Shown here piece by piece: positions 11,821 through 26,688 of a stretch of DNA of 64,000 nt. Location: the NCBI RefSeq assembly GCF_009914755.1, contig NC_060945.1, one strand, 5' to 3'. This DNA comes from the human T2T-CHM13v2.0 reference genome, Homo sapiens. The notes under the pieces are model-generated. The model did not search any database, was not told the origin of the DNA, and was given only the letters and a program-made list of their open reading frames with translations. A program made the position numbers and the translations under genes. How positions within the stretch are numbered: the stretch's first letter is position 1; each line of letters starts with the position of its first letter.

Positions 11821-14376
11821 AAGTCTTGCCTTTAAACATAAAATGCCAAGGAGTAACAAAGTGAAGGAAACAGACTTCCCAGAATTTTTGGTGCTATTCT
11901 TTGATAGCAATGGCACTAGTAAGAGGAGAAACCTACACTGTATTTTCTTTGTCCCTGATTGCCATGGAGTAGGTCATCCAGGGGAGGGGGTAGTGTGGTC
12001 TTTTGGAAGAATATGAAAAGGGGAGTTAGAAAGAAGAATGAAGGAGGTATGGTTTGTGATATGATCTTGTGTGTAATTAGAAATTTGAAGGTGCTTGAGA
12101 GTATCAAATGTTACTAAATTGTACACATATTTCTAATTCCTTACTCCTAAAACATCACTTAATAAAATTCACTTAAAAAAAAAAACCTCTCATCAGAGGT
12201 GTCTAGTTTTTGATTTAACAGCAGGTGAGGATCTTAGAGGTTGCCGCCCCATTCTAGCAAGTAAAAAGTTAAACAGCCTGAAAAAATCAGCAACTCTTGT
12301 CAGGTCTGTAAGCAAAGTGAGGTCCCAGAGCAAATCGCTAATCCTAAAATTGGAGAGATGGACAAGTGACTACAGAGAAGCACAGCTTACCAGAGCAAAA
12401 ATCTCCCTGGAAACCAGTAGGAAAACCTGAACTGTAATTTATGGATTGCTGAAGGCTCAGTATGGACAAGTCTGATAGATAAAATCTCTAGGGGAACCCA
12501 ATCATTGTGGGGTCCCCATAATTTTGTGAGTTTTGCCTCCTGGAGTCCTAACAGGTTCTCTCAGTGAACAGTGAAGAAAAATCTCATTCTTCCAGCACAG
12601 GGAGGGGAAAAGATCTCACCTTGAAATACACCAGAGCATTCTGTTCTACTTAACAAGGTTGCCCTCAGGAGAAGCTATTTAACCAGAGCCTAACTTAATG
12701 TGGTTTTCTCAGAGTCTGCGTGTCCTGGTAAAAGAGAAATACCCAATCCCAGTCCCCTCTGGCTTCCAGATAGGGAAAGAGAAACCCAACTCCAGCCCAG
12801 TCCAGCCATCGTGCCTCATGAGAAAGGGAAGGGGACTGAAAAGCCCTTGTGAAGTTCACAGTCCAGGTAAAAGCTCAATAAACACTGACACCTATTCATG
12901 AGACCATAGGACACTTCTCCTCCTTTCACATCTTTCCACCATGTTACTAAAGTCCTGTTCACAGTAGTTTCTTTAACTCTATCCATCGTGTCCAGCTATC
13001 AAGAAAAAAATTACAAGCTGTCCTAAAAGACAAAAAGCATAATTTGAAGGGACAGAGGAAGTATTAGAACCAGACTCAGATATGGCCAGGATGTTAGAAT
13101 TATCAGATCAATGATTTTAAACAACAATAAATAATGTGCTAAGGGATCTAATGGATAAAGTAAATAATATGCAGGGACAGACAGATGATGTAATCAGAGA
13201 GATGGAAATTCCAAAAAAAGACCAAAAAGAAATATCAGTGATCAATCATACTATAACAGAATTGAAGAATGTATTTGATGGGCTTATTAGTAGACTAAAA
13301 TTGGCCGTAGAAAAATCTTTGAGCCTGTGGATATCTCAATAGAAACCTCCAAAACAGAAAATCAAAGAAAAGAAAAACTGACAGGAACAGAACAGAATAT
13401 CCAAGGGCTAGGAAAACTACAAAAGGTGTAACATGTGTGTAATGCAAATACCAGAAGAATAAGAAAGAGAGAAAGGGACAGAATAAGTATTTGAAATAAT
13501 AATGACTGAAAATTTCCCCAAATTAATATCAGACACTAAACCCACCAATCCAGGAAGCTCTGAGAACACTAAGGAAGATAAATACACCCCCCCCCGCCAA
13601 AAAGTACACTTAGGTATATCATTTTAAAACTATAGAAAAATCAAAGATAAAGAAAAAATCCCAGAAGAAGCCAAAAGAACAGAAAACCTTACCCACAGAG
13701 AAGGAAAGATAAGAATTACATCCACCTTCTCCTCAGAAACCATGCAAGAAAAAAAAGAGTAGAGTGAAATATTTAACATGTTCAGGGGGAAAAAAAGCAA
13801 CCGAACTAGAACTCCGTGAAATTATCTTCAAAAGTGAATGAGAAATAAAAACTTTCTCAGACAAACAAAAATTGAAGGAATGTGTTTCCAATAGACGTAT
13901 GTAGCAAGAAATGTTAAGAGGTTTTTTTAGCAAGAAGAAAAAATATATAGGTCAGAAACTCAGATCTACATAAAGGAAAAGCATAGGAAAAGGAATAAAT
14001 GAAAGTAAAATTAAAATTTTTAATTTTTTCATTCTTAATTGATCTAAAGGATAACAGTTTTTAAGATAATAACAATAATATGTATGTGTGTATACATGTG
14101 CTTATTTATGCTCATGTATAAATTAAATGAAATACAGCAATCAGACAAAGGATAGGAGGAAAGAATTAAGATTATTTTGTTATTATAAGGTACTATACAT
14201 ACTACCCATAATAAATGGTATAGTCTTATTAAAGTAGATTTGAATTAGTTATAAATGCATATGGCAAACTTCAGGGAAACTACCTTTAAAAAAGTATAAC
14301 TGATGATCTAGGAAAGGAGAAAAAATAAAATCATATAAAATTCACAATTAAAATGTTAAAAGACAGAACAATAGTG

Positions 14377-14781
14377 TGCTATAGATTGAATGTTTGTCCC
14401 CCTCCAAAACTTATTTAGAGATTGAATTGCCAATGTAATGGTATTAGGAAGTGAGACCTTTTAGAGGTGATTACGCCTTGAGGGTGCCACTCTAAGGGGT
14501 GGGTTTTATGTCTTAATAAAAGGGTTTTCAGAAGTGGGCTCTCTCTCAACTCTTCTGCTTTTCTGCTGTGTAAAGAACAATATTCTTCCCCTCTGGGGAA
14601 TTCAGCATTCAAGGTGTCATTTTGGGAGCAGAAACCAGGTCCTCAGCAGATACTAAAGTTGCTGCTGCCTTGATATTAGACAATATCAGCCTCTGTAATT
14701 GCAAGCCAATAGATTCCTATTCATTATGAATTACCCAGTTCGTGGTATCCTGTTATAGCAGCACCAGCAGATCAAGAAACA
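14377..14781 (+). mobile_element. MST-family MaLR solo LTR (MSTC-like) nested in L1
   Basis: tgctatagattgaatgtttgtcccc...aattacccagt...tgttatagcagca. Confidence 0.8.
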
Positions 14782-15941
14782 TTGGAAGACAAAAATAGGA
14801 ACAAGCAAGTAAAGCAATGAATTAAAAACAGTAATGAATACAATAGATACTAATCCAATTACATTAATAATCACTTTAAACATCAATGGTCTAAATGCAC
14901 CAATTAGAGAACAAAGATGGTGAGAGTAAATCAGAAAGCAGGACACAGCTAGACGTTGTCTATAAGAAACACACTTTAGTTATAAAGACATACAGAATAA
15001 AAGTAAATGGATGGAGACAGATTAACCGTGCTAACACTGATGAAAAGAAAGTGGTGTCACTATTAATTTTAGACAGAGTAGACTTCAGAGCAAGGAAAGT
15101 TATCAGAGATTAAGAAGGGGTCAATGATAAAGGGGTCATTTCTCCAGGAAGATATAATAATCCTGAACATGTGTTTGCCAATAACACGATGTCAAAATAT
15201 GACACAATAAGGGATTTTGGCATGTATTTCAAAACTCCTTGATCAGAAAAGGGACAGACCCAGCAGTCGAAAATCAATAAGAACATAGTAAAATTCAACA
15301 ATACCATCAATTAACTGGATACAATTGACATTTAAAGAGTACTTTATTCAACAACAGTAGATTATATATTCTTCTTAAGCTCACATGAAACCACATGAGA
15401 TCACAATTTGGGCCATAAAACACACCTCAACAAATTAAAAAAAATAGAAATTATACAATTTCCATTCGCATACCACAGTGAAATTAAACTACAAATCAAT
15501 AGCAAAAAGGTAGCTGAAAAATCTGAAAATATGTGGAGATTAAACAACATACTTTTAAATGACTCATAAGTCAAAAAGGAACTATCCAAAAAAATTTAAA
15601 TATTTTGAACTAAACAAAAATGAAAAAAATTAAAATTTGTGTGATACAATGAAAGCAGTGCTTACAGGTAATCTTACAGCATTGAATGCACATGTTACAA
15701 AAGAAGAAAGATTTAAAATCAATTATCTAAACTTTAACTTAGGAAACTGGGAAAAGAAGAGCAAATTAATTTCAAGGTTAGCATGAGAAAAGAAATAATA
15801 AAAGTTAAAGCAGAAATCAATGAAACTGAAAATAGAAATTCAATTTTTTAAAATCAACAAAACCAAAAGCTGGTTCTTTCTAAAGATCAATAAAATTGAT
15901 AAGCCTCTAGCTAGGCCAAGTTATTAAAAATGAGAGAGGAT

Positions 15942-16329
<388 letters not shown>

Positions 16330-18007
16330 CTATGAATGACTTTATGCCCATAAATTTGATATTCTAGAGGAAATAAACAAATTCCTTGAAAGATACAATC
16401 TGTCAGAACTCACAAAGAAAAAATAAAAACTCTAGCCTGTATCTATTTAAAAAAATTAAATCCCCAAACAGAAAGCACCAGACCCTATGGTCTCACTGGT
16501 AAATTCTATCAAACATTTAAAGGAAGAAATTATACCAATTTTCTACAATCTCTTTCTGAAGATAAAATCAGAGGGAATAATTCCTAACTTATCTATGAAG
16601 CCAGCATTTCCCTAATACTAAAAGCAGACAAAGACATTACAAGAAAAGAAAACTACAGACCTGTATCTCTTATGAATGTAAATGCAGAAATCCTCAACAA
16701 AATATTAGCAAATTGAAGCCAACAATATATAGAACAATTATACACCATGACCAGTGGGATTTATCCTAGGTATGTGAGGCTGTAGGCTCAGCATTCAAAA
16801 ATTAATTGATGCTATCATCATACTAACAGGCTAAAGATAACAAATCACATAAGCATATAAATAGATGCAGATAAAGCATTTAACAAAATCCAGCACCTTT
16901 CATGTTAAAAACTTTCAGTAAACTAGAAACAGAGGGAAACTTCCTCACCTGATACATAGTATCTATGAAAATTATTATTCTGAATGGTAAGACATGAAAA
17001 ACTTTCCTACTAAGATGAGGAACAAGGCAAGAACGTCCCTCCTCACCACTCCTTTTCAACATTGTACTAGAAATCTTAGTGCAATAAGACAAGAAAAGGA
17101 AATAAAAGGAATATTGATTGTAAAAGAATAAATAAAGGTGTCTTTATTTACAGATGACATGATTGTCTATGTAGAAAGTCTAAGAGAATCGACCAAAAAC
17201 TCTTGAAACTAATAAGCTATTAATATATAGCAAGGTTGCAAGATAAAAGGTTAATATACAAAAAGTCAATTGCTTTCCTATTTCCTGCTTTCCTTTCCTG
17301 TATTTCCTTTAAATAAATCAATTTGACATTAAAAACGCAATACCATTTACATTAGCACCTAAAAAACAAAATACTTAAGAATAAACCTAACAAAATTTAT
17401 GCAAGATCTATATTAGGAAAACTACAAAACTCTGATGAAAGAGATCAAAGAACTAAATAAATACATATTGCATGTTAATGAATAGGAAGACAATATTGTG
17501 AAGATGTCAGTTGTTCCCAACTTGGTGTATAGATTCAATGCAATCTCTATCAATATTCCATCAGTTATTTTGTAGATAACACTAAACTGATTCTAAAATT
17601 TATATGGAAAGGCAAAATATCAAAATAGTTAACTCAATATTGAAGGAGAAGAAGAAAGTCAGAGGACAGACATTACTTGATTTAAGATGCATTACAAAGC
17701 TATAGTAATCAAGACAGTATGGCAATAATAAACAAAAGATCAATGGAACAGAATAGAATACCCTGAAATAGACTCACATAAATATATTAGTTAATTAATC
17801 TTTGACAAAAGAGCAAAAGCAATTCAATGAAGAATTGATAGTGTTTTCAACAAATGGTGCTGAAATAATTGCACAGCCACATGTAAAAAAATTAATCTAC
17901 ATACAAACCTTACACCCCTCACAAAAAATGACCAAAATGGATCACAGACCTAAATGTAAAACACAAAACTATAAAACTCTTGGAAGCTAACAACAGAAAA
18001 TCTAGAA

Positions 18008-18228
18008 TAAGCTTATCGAACCCAGGGCCCACAGACTGCATGTGGCCCAGGATGACTTTGAATGCAGGCCAATCCAAATTTGTAAACTTTCTTAAAACAT
18101 TACGAGATGTTTTTTGTGTGATTCTTTTCAACTCATCAGCTGTTGTTAGTGTTAGTGTATTTTTTGTGGTCCAAGACAATTATTCTTCTTCCAATGTGGC
18201 CAGGGAAGCCAATAGATTAGACACACCA
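18008..18228 (-). mobile_element. MER30 (hAT-Charlie non-autonomous DNA transposon)
   Basis: Matches recalled MER30 consensus; exact 8-bp TSD ATCTAGAA at 18000-18007 and 18229-18236, the typical Charlie NTCTAGAN target. Confidence 0.9.
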
Positions 18229-18804
18229 ATCTAGAAAACCTTGGGTTATTCTAGATTTTTTCAATATGTGACTTTTTCAATATGACATCAAAAGCTGGAC
18301 TTCACTAAAATTGAAAATTTCAAACCTGTAAAAAACAGTGTCAAAAGAATGAAAAGACAAGTCACAGACTGGGAGAAGATATTTGCAAAAGACATACCTG
18401 ATAAAATACTGTTATCCAAAATACACAAAAAACTCACCAATAAGAAAACAAACAACATGATTTTAAAATGGTCCAGAAACCTTAACAGACACCTCACCAA
18501 AGAAGATACACAGACGGCAAATAAGTGTACAAAAAGATGCTTCACATCATGTGTCATCCGAGAAATGCAAATTCAAACAACAATGAGATACCACTACACA
18601 CAAATTAGAATGGCCAAAATCCAGAACACTGACAATACCAAATGCTGCCAAGGATGAGGAGCAACAGGAACTCTCATTCCTTGCTGGTGGGAATGCAAAT
18701 TTGTATAGCCACTTTGGAAGACAGTTTGGCAATTCTTACAAAACTAAATATACTCTTGCCATATGATCTAGCAGCTGTGTCCCTTGGTATTTATCCAAAA
18801 GAGT

Positions 18805-19309
18805 TCATGATGGTTAATTTTAGGTGTCACTTGACTGGATTAAAGGATGTCCAAATAGCTGGTATGGCATTATTTCTGGGTTTGTCGATGAGGGTGTCTC
18901 TGGAAGAAATTGACATTCAAATCAGTGGACTGAGGAAGGAAGATTCGCCCTAATTGAATGTGGGCAGACACCATCCAATCAGCTAAGGGCCTAGATAGAA
19001 CAAAAACAAAGGAAAGGTGACTTCTCTCTCTTTCCTGAAACTGAGGTACATTTCTTCTCCTGCCCTTGGATATCAAAACTCCAGGTTCTCCAGCCTTTGC
19101 CATCTGAGATTTGCACCAGTGGCCCACCAGTTTCTAAAGCCTTCAGCTTCAGACTGAGGGTTATATTGTAGGCTCTAGTCCTTTACATTTGGACTGGCTT
19201 TCCTGGCTCCCCAGCTTCTAGATGGCCTATTGTGGAGCTCAGGCTCCATAATCCCATGAGCCAATTGCCCTAATAAATTCCCTCTCATCTGTCTATCTAT
19301 CTATCTATC

Positions 19310-19348
<39 letters not shown>

Positions 19349-19416
19349 ATCTATCTATCTATCATCTATCTATCATCTCCTATTGGTTCTATCTCTTAGG
19401 AGAACTCTGACTAATG
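18805..19416 (+). mobile_element. MLT2B-like ERVL solo LTR nested in L1
   Basis: gatggttaattttaggtgtcacttgactggattaa...accatccaatcagc...gagaactctgactaat. Confidence 0.85.
19290..19376. repeat. (TCTA)n tetranucleotide microsatellite
   Basis: Interrupted TCTA/ATCT array. Confidence 0.95.
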
Positions 19417-19721
19417 AAGAATTGAAAACTTAGGTCCACACAAAAACCTCTACACAATGTCTATAGCAGTTTTATTCATAATTGCCAAAACTTGGAAGCA
19501 ACCCAGATGTCCTTTAGCAGGTGAATGGACAAACTATAGTATATGCATACAATGGAATATTGTTCAGTGCTAAAAAGAAATAAGTTGTGACACCATAAAA
19601 AGACACTGAAGAAACTTAAATGCATATCACTAAGTGAAAAAGCCAGTCTGAAAGGATTACATACAGTATGGTTTCAATTCTGGAAAAGGCAAAATTATGG
19701 ATATAGTAAAAAGACAATGAT

Positions 19722-19827
19722 ATGCTCCCTTCAGAAGCATGTACACTAAAATGGGAATGACACAGAGAAAATTAGCAGGGCCTTTGCACAAGGATGACAT
19801 GCAAATTCATAAAGCATTCCACCTTTT
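19722..19827 (+). pseudogene. U6 snRNA retropseudogene (full length, ~20% diverged)
   Basis: Ungapped match to U6 including ACAGAGA box and CAAGGATGACA; about 21 mismatches in 106 nt counted by eye against the recalled U6 sequence; no recognisable U6 promoter, lies inside L1. Confidence 0.93.
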
Positions 19828-22766
19828 ATAAAAAGAGCAAACCCTCATGTAAACTATAAACTTTGGCAGGTGAGCTGCTGCTGCTGCATCAAGGTAAGCT
19901 CATCAGTTTTAACAAATGTACCACTCTCATGGGGGATGTTGATAATGGGGAAGGCTGTGCATGTGTTTGGGCAGGAAGTATTTGGAAAATCTTGGTCCCT
20001 TCAGCTCAATTTTGCTTTGAAACTAAAACTGTTCTAGCAAAAAGTCCAGTAGAAATAATAATTTTTTAAAAAAACTACCCTCTACTGTGAAACACAGTCC
20101 CAGACCTGGGGGGCATGGATAAAGATTTCTTTAAGCAAATTCTGCGTGCATTACACTAACATTATAGTAAAACTCAATTACTTGAACTCCTTTGCCTATG
20201 TGCTTATTTCTACATTTCTTCTTTTATTGGTGTTTCTAAACTTACATTCAACAGCTGGAATGTGAAGAGGACAAAAAGAAAGAGGGGAAAAAATATGAGT
20301 TAAATTGTTGGTAGCATAAGATGCTTGGCAAAGTAGGGAAGAGTCCTCCTCGCTTCTTAATGAGTTTTTACATAAAAGGCCCAGGAACTGAGCCAAACCT
20401 ACAGTGTTCCTGAATAACATAAGCAACTTGGAAAAGATTTCACTAAGTGAAGCAGGAGTGCTCTAAAGCCCTGGGCTATAGGCAGAAGCCTATGGGGGTT
20501 TATACTGCTGAACTGTCTCAACAGTTTCTTTCTTAAACTTGACTTCCACTGGAGACAGTGTCTTAGGCATGGTAGTGAAATACAGTGGTGACTGGAGCAA
20601 GCCAGGTGGTACTATCTATGTTCAAGACAAACTTGTTTGCTCCTTAGAGGTCTTCTGGGGAACTGCAGGTAGGGGGATGAGAGGGGAAAGCTGCAAAAAT
20701 GATGCTTGCTATTATTTTGCCACCTGACAATGGTTTACCCAAAGGTGGAATAGACATAGTCTCTACCTCAATTCTGTGTCATCATTTTTGCCTGAAGGTT
20801 TCAAAATAGCTTCCAGTCTTTCCCATGTCTGGTCTGTCTTTTATTTTGCTGTCAGATCTTTCCAAGTTATGAATGAGATTAGTGCCTGGTGATAATAGAC
20901 CCTCAAATATCTGCTGAGTAAATGAAGTTTCTTCCTATGATTAAAACCCTCCTATGGCTTCTACTTTCTTATACTGTAGAGTTTCAATTCCTTAACATGG
21001 TGTCTGAGACTTCAAGTCTTCATGCATCCTCTTCTTTTCTAGGTTCTTATCACATGCTCCTCTTTGTGATTCCCTAACTTTGAGCTGTTCTGGTATGTTT
21101 CAAAGCATTTACATGTGCTAGTTCCTCTGGGTCTCATGCCTTCATTCCTACTCTGTCTTGAAAGTTTCTGTTCCTTCTCAGTCCTGCTCCTCAATGAAAT
21201 CTTCCTCGGTGGTATCCAGACAGATTGAGCTGGTCCCATTATAGGAGTTTCAATGAAACTAGTAAAATGTATTCTGCTTTCAAGTACATTATAAATGGTT
21301 GTTTACATGTTTGTCTCTCTTGTTAAATGATGTCTTTTTAGGGAAGAGCTCTCAGCTTGACTGTCTATGTCAAAGTATGGATCATGTGGAACAAATAAAA
21401 GCAATGGGGGTAGGCAAACCTAGATGAGACTTCGGGCTTCCCCTGCCCAGTGTGCGACCTTAGTAAAAGTAATTAATTTCTCAGAAATTCAGTTTTCTCC
21501 TTTAAAAAAATGTTACTTCGGATGGGTCAGCAATTGACAAATAAAATTTTTATTTCTCAATAAAATAAAGTGTTAAAGAAGTAAATGACAAAAAAAAATG
21601 TGGGGTGTACGTGTAATTGCCAGATTTCCAAATAATTATTTTAATACTTAATGATTTTTGGACTCTGTTATCAAAGCTCTTTTTGTCCCGTTACAAACAC
21701 AGCATTGACAAAGTATGTTCGAGTCATAGGCTTTTGAATTACCTGTGATTCTTTGTGAAAATAAAAGACTAAGACTCATGTGACTTCCTATTCAAAGAAG
21801 TCACAATTATATAGTAGCATCAAATAAGTGAATACACTGAGATAGTAACATAGGTATGAAATTAACCAATCAAAGCCAAAATATAGAGCTATATTTAGTT
21901 CAGAAGTTAGAATTTCAGATCTACAGGTTTGTGCCTGGTCTACAAGGAAACAAATAATTTAAAAATCATCTAGTTCCCAGGTATTCTTATTTATTCCAAG
22001 CCATCCTGCTATATTTGTGTTTGCTTCTTTAATTCTTAAGTGTAAAAGTGAGGATAATTGGAGGGAAACTAAGATGAGTGATGTATTATTACCAAAGATT
22101 TAAAATTTAGAATTGCACAAAAACCCGTGGACTTCCAAAACCATTCCCAAAGAAGAACGTGTTGCCAGGCTCATGAAAAAGGATTTTTCAGTTTGAGTTC
22201 AGTATCTAATATCTCTTTGTTGTAAAGAAATTGTAAATTAATTGTATTCTGAATGTTAAGTTTTAAAGGCATAACTAAATCTAATGTAAAATTTAGGCTC
22301 ATAAAATTCTTTACTTTTAAAGAGTAGAATTTTCTTTTACTTTTATGAACACAGAGAAAAAAGAATAAAACAAAAGTTGCCATTTTAAAAAACACCTCCA
22401 CAATTTGGAATTTGGTTGTTCTCAAAGGATAAAACTTCTGCCAAATGGATGACAAGCTGTTATCAGGCATAATAGGAGGCTTCTGTGGGAGTAGGCGATG
22501 GATTAATGCACAGAAGTTGCATCACATTTTGAGCTCAGATACTCTTTGAAACAGAAAGAGTCTAAATTTCAAAGCTTGTACTAATCTTTCTTAATAACTC
22601 TAGCACTTATTCATAGATGTCCAATATAAATGTGTATTAACCCTAGAAATAAAAACATCAACTTTCTAAAGAAATATTATTTTCAATGTCTTCTTACCTC
22701 ATCACGTTCTTGGAAATCTAAATGACTCAATATGTCAAAGAATGCTAGTGAAAAATAAAACCATCC

Positions 22767-23075
22767 TTTTTTTTTTCTTTTTTTGAGACAGGGTCTCACT
22801 ATGTCACCCTGGCTGGAGTGCAATGATGCCATCATACCTCACTGTAACCTCAAACTCCTGGGCTCAAGCAATTCTGTTGCCTCAGCCCTCTGAGTAGCTA
22901 GGACTACAGGCATGCACCACACCACCACATTTGGCTAATTTTTTTAATCTTTTTGTAGAAGCAGGGTCCTGCTAGGTTGTCCAGACCAGTCTTGAACTCC
23001 TGGCCTCAAGCAATCTTCCTGCCTCGGTTTCCCAAAGTGCTGGGATAACACAGGCATGAGCCACCATGTTCAGCC
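22767..23075 (-). mobile_element. AluJ
   Basis: gagacagggtctcact...ctcctgggctcaagcaa (J-type). Confidence 0.93.
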
Positions 23076-23129
23076 AAATCCACACTTATAGGTTAATAAA
23101 ATATGAATTCACAATTAAGATAGAAGGAA

Positions 23130-23335
23130 AACTAGTAATCAAGATTTATTGAGTATACTGTGCCCAAAGAGTATAGGTTCTTTAGCATACTTTTATTATT
23201 GACTACTTACAGCATCTACTAAGTATGTTTTATTATTCTCATTTTTAAATTAGATACTGAAATGTCAAGAGATTCTGATTTATTGAGGATCATATAGCTG
23301 GTTTGTTATGCAGACAAAACTCAAAACCAGGGTTT
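23130..23335 (-). mobile_element. MIR relic
   Basis: 'atttattgagtatactgtgcc...tattattctcattttt...gatactgaa' MIR core pattern. Confidence 0.55.
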
Positions 23336-24477
23336 TTGTGGATTTTTTTAAGGCCCTGCTTATCCAAAAGTTGTGCCATTTTTAATTTTTTCCTAGTGTT
23401 ACAAAATTTTTCCCACATATAAACAACATAGGAGCAGTTAAATTGAACAGACAGTTCTCACAATATAGGAGACATAAATCACTTCCTGGGATGAGATATT
23501 ATAAACTTATCTAAGCATCAACATTTTTTGGAAAGACGCCAACATCATTGTACAAGGGAGTTCCCTGAAATGAGCCAAACAAAACCCTTGAAAACAGAAT
23601 CCTATGAACCATTCATTTCATATCCTCTGGGGAAGTAAATAAAGAATCCTCATCCCACATGGTCATGCACCCTGCCGGCCATCCCATCTTTGGGAAGGGT
23701 CAGACTGCATTCCTGGGATGTTTGAGGTCATTATGAGACGTTGGTTTTTGTTCCCATCCACACCCATTATGAAGGAAAATAGTGTTCAAATTCAGTTTAA
23801 ACAGTGTTCAAAAACTAACCCTTTACAACACAGAGCTCCATCTATTCTTGAGCTTGAAAATAGTCTTCCAGGTAATTTCATAGCAATAGCTTGATTCCTA
23901 AAGAGTGCAGGAAACTCATCTTACTTTATTTTTAATATTGAGGAATTATCATTTGCTGCCCTCAATAGCTAGGTAAAATAGCTAAGAAATTAGGAGTGAG
24001 GCATTTTCCTTCTAATCTGAGAGAGAAGATATGCCGTGGATACAAAAGATGATCACTGCAAGGAGCACATACTTATGTAACTCAGGTTGACTCATAATAT
24101 GTCATTTTGCTTTGTTGGGATTAGTGTATAGAAAGTTAAGCGACACTATTCCATGTACTTTGTTAATCGGGGATAGTAAGTGAAATATCACATTCTACCT
24201 GTTTATCTCCTTAAACATATTCCTATTTCATATTCAAAGGGACATGGTAAGAGAACTAAACCATGGTCAACATTTGCAGTAGGAAGAATAGGTACTTTTA
24301 GCTTTAGACTCTCAAAACATATAACATTTAAATGAATCTTGTTAAGATTTCATTTAACTGATGCTCACCATCAGGTAATATAGAAGTCAGCAGAAGAAAA
24401 GCTTCCAGAAATGCCTGGAAGAGACATTAACCTCTAATTCAACAGTAGTTTTTGCTCCAATAAAACAATAATCTTCA

Positions 24478-25167
<690 letters not shown>

Positions 25168-25894
25168 TTTCACAACATGCTTCCCGACACGCATGATCTG
25201 CTCAGGGAAGGTCAGAGAATCCTTTCCATACTTGCCCTTTCTCAAATTCCTTAAATTTAAAAAATTCAAGATGACAAACTGTCGTATTTTAGGGTGTATT
25301 GTGTTCTAAATCCCATCACCTATTTGATCACCTTTTAAGGGAACACTTCACCAGCAAGAATTCTCTGAATTAAAAGATGTCAGAAAATTCTCTTCATATC
25401 ACAGTGAATTTAGGAGAACAGGTATTCTTCGTCCCTTGTCTCAATTTTATTCATATTAATAGAGATCTTTCAAATAAAAACTATGAATAAACATTTAATA
25501 TGCCATTTTTCTAAGCCTCTAAGACTTCAGTTTGACCCATTTAGGGTCAGTGTGAATCCAGGTGACCATATGGAGGCACCGTCAGGCCACAGCCCGCTGT
25601 CCGTCCATCAGAAGTGTACTGGGAGGGAGGTTGTCTTTCAGAGATCTAGCATGTCTGGTTACTGAGAGCAGAAATTAGTCATCTTCTGAATCAAAGTAAC
25701 TTAAGTTGGATATAGGAAGTAATTTTCACATTAATATACAATAGTTTATCTACAGGAGGCTATTCTTCATAGAAATTTCAGCTCCCTGATCATACAGCAC
25801 TCATTATAGACTCTGCGGGATGATTGTCATTAAAGCAGATATGTCCTTGACTTTGTCATAGGGTCTTGAAGCTCATTTCTGTCTTTTGCTACAG

Positions 25895-26076
25895 GTCCTG
25901 GAGCCTCTGGGCTTTGTACAAGACAGAGAGCTTTATATAAATTAAACAAGTCCAAAGATGTCTCGTGCATATTCTAGATGGTTATATAGTAAACTTCACC
26001 TTAACAAGGGCTCTATCCCAGTGCTTCAGAAAAAGAATTTGATCACACAATGGAAATTCAGACAGTCCCATATCTG
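25895..26076 (+). other. Candidate non-coding cassette exon (182 nt)
   Basis: Branch-like gctcat, pyrimidine tract ttctgtcttttgctacag|G acceptor, CTG|gtgagt donor; stops in all three frames. Confidence 0.35.
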
Positions 26077-26320
26077 GTGAGTAATCCTAGCTCATTACCT
26101 AGCACTCCGTCTCTACTTTATCCCTCTTTAGTTTTTACTTCTTGTGGTAATTTCCAGGAGGAGTAAAAAATTGTTGATGTTTGTGAAATACGGCCCTCAA
26201 TAGAAAGTTCAAACTTGAATACAATGTAGAATAAATGATGACTACATAAGAGTCAAAAATCATCTTAACTGCTAAGACTCTACTTGACAGTCATTCACAG
26301 TATAAAATAGATAAAATCTT

Positions 26321-26688
26321 TGTCTTAGTCCATTCAGGCTGCTGGCTATAACAAAATGCCATAGACAAAGTAGCTTATAAACAATAGGAATTCATTTTTC
26401 ATGGTTCTGGAGTCCAGGAAGTCCAAGGTTGAAGCTCTGGCAGGTTTGGTGTCTAGTGAGGGTCCCCTTTCTTGTTTATAGATGGCGTCTTCTCACTGTG
26501 TCTCACATGGTGGCAAGGGTTAAGAGAACTCCCTGGGTCCTATTGCGTAAGGTCATTAATCCCATTCACAAGGGCTCCACACCCATGACCTAATCACCTC
26601 CCAAAAGACCCCACCCCCTAATACCATCACCTGGGGGTCAGGACTTCAACATATGAATTTTGGAGAGACAGATACTCAGACCATAGCA
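26321..26688 (-). mobile_element. MLT1A0-like MaLR solo LTR
   Basis: tgtcttagtccattcaggct...cagaccatagca; exact 5-bp TSD ATCTT. Confidence 0.9.
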
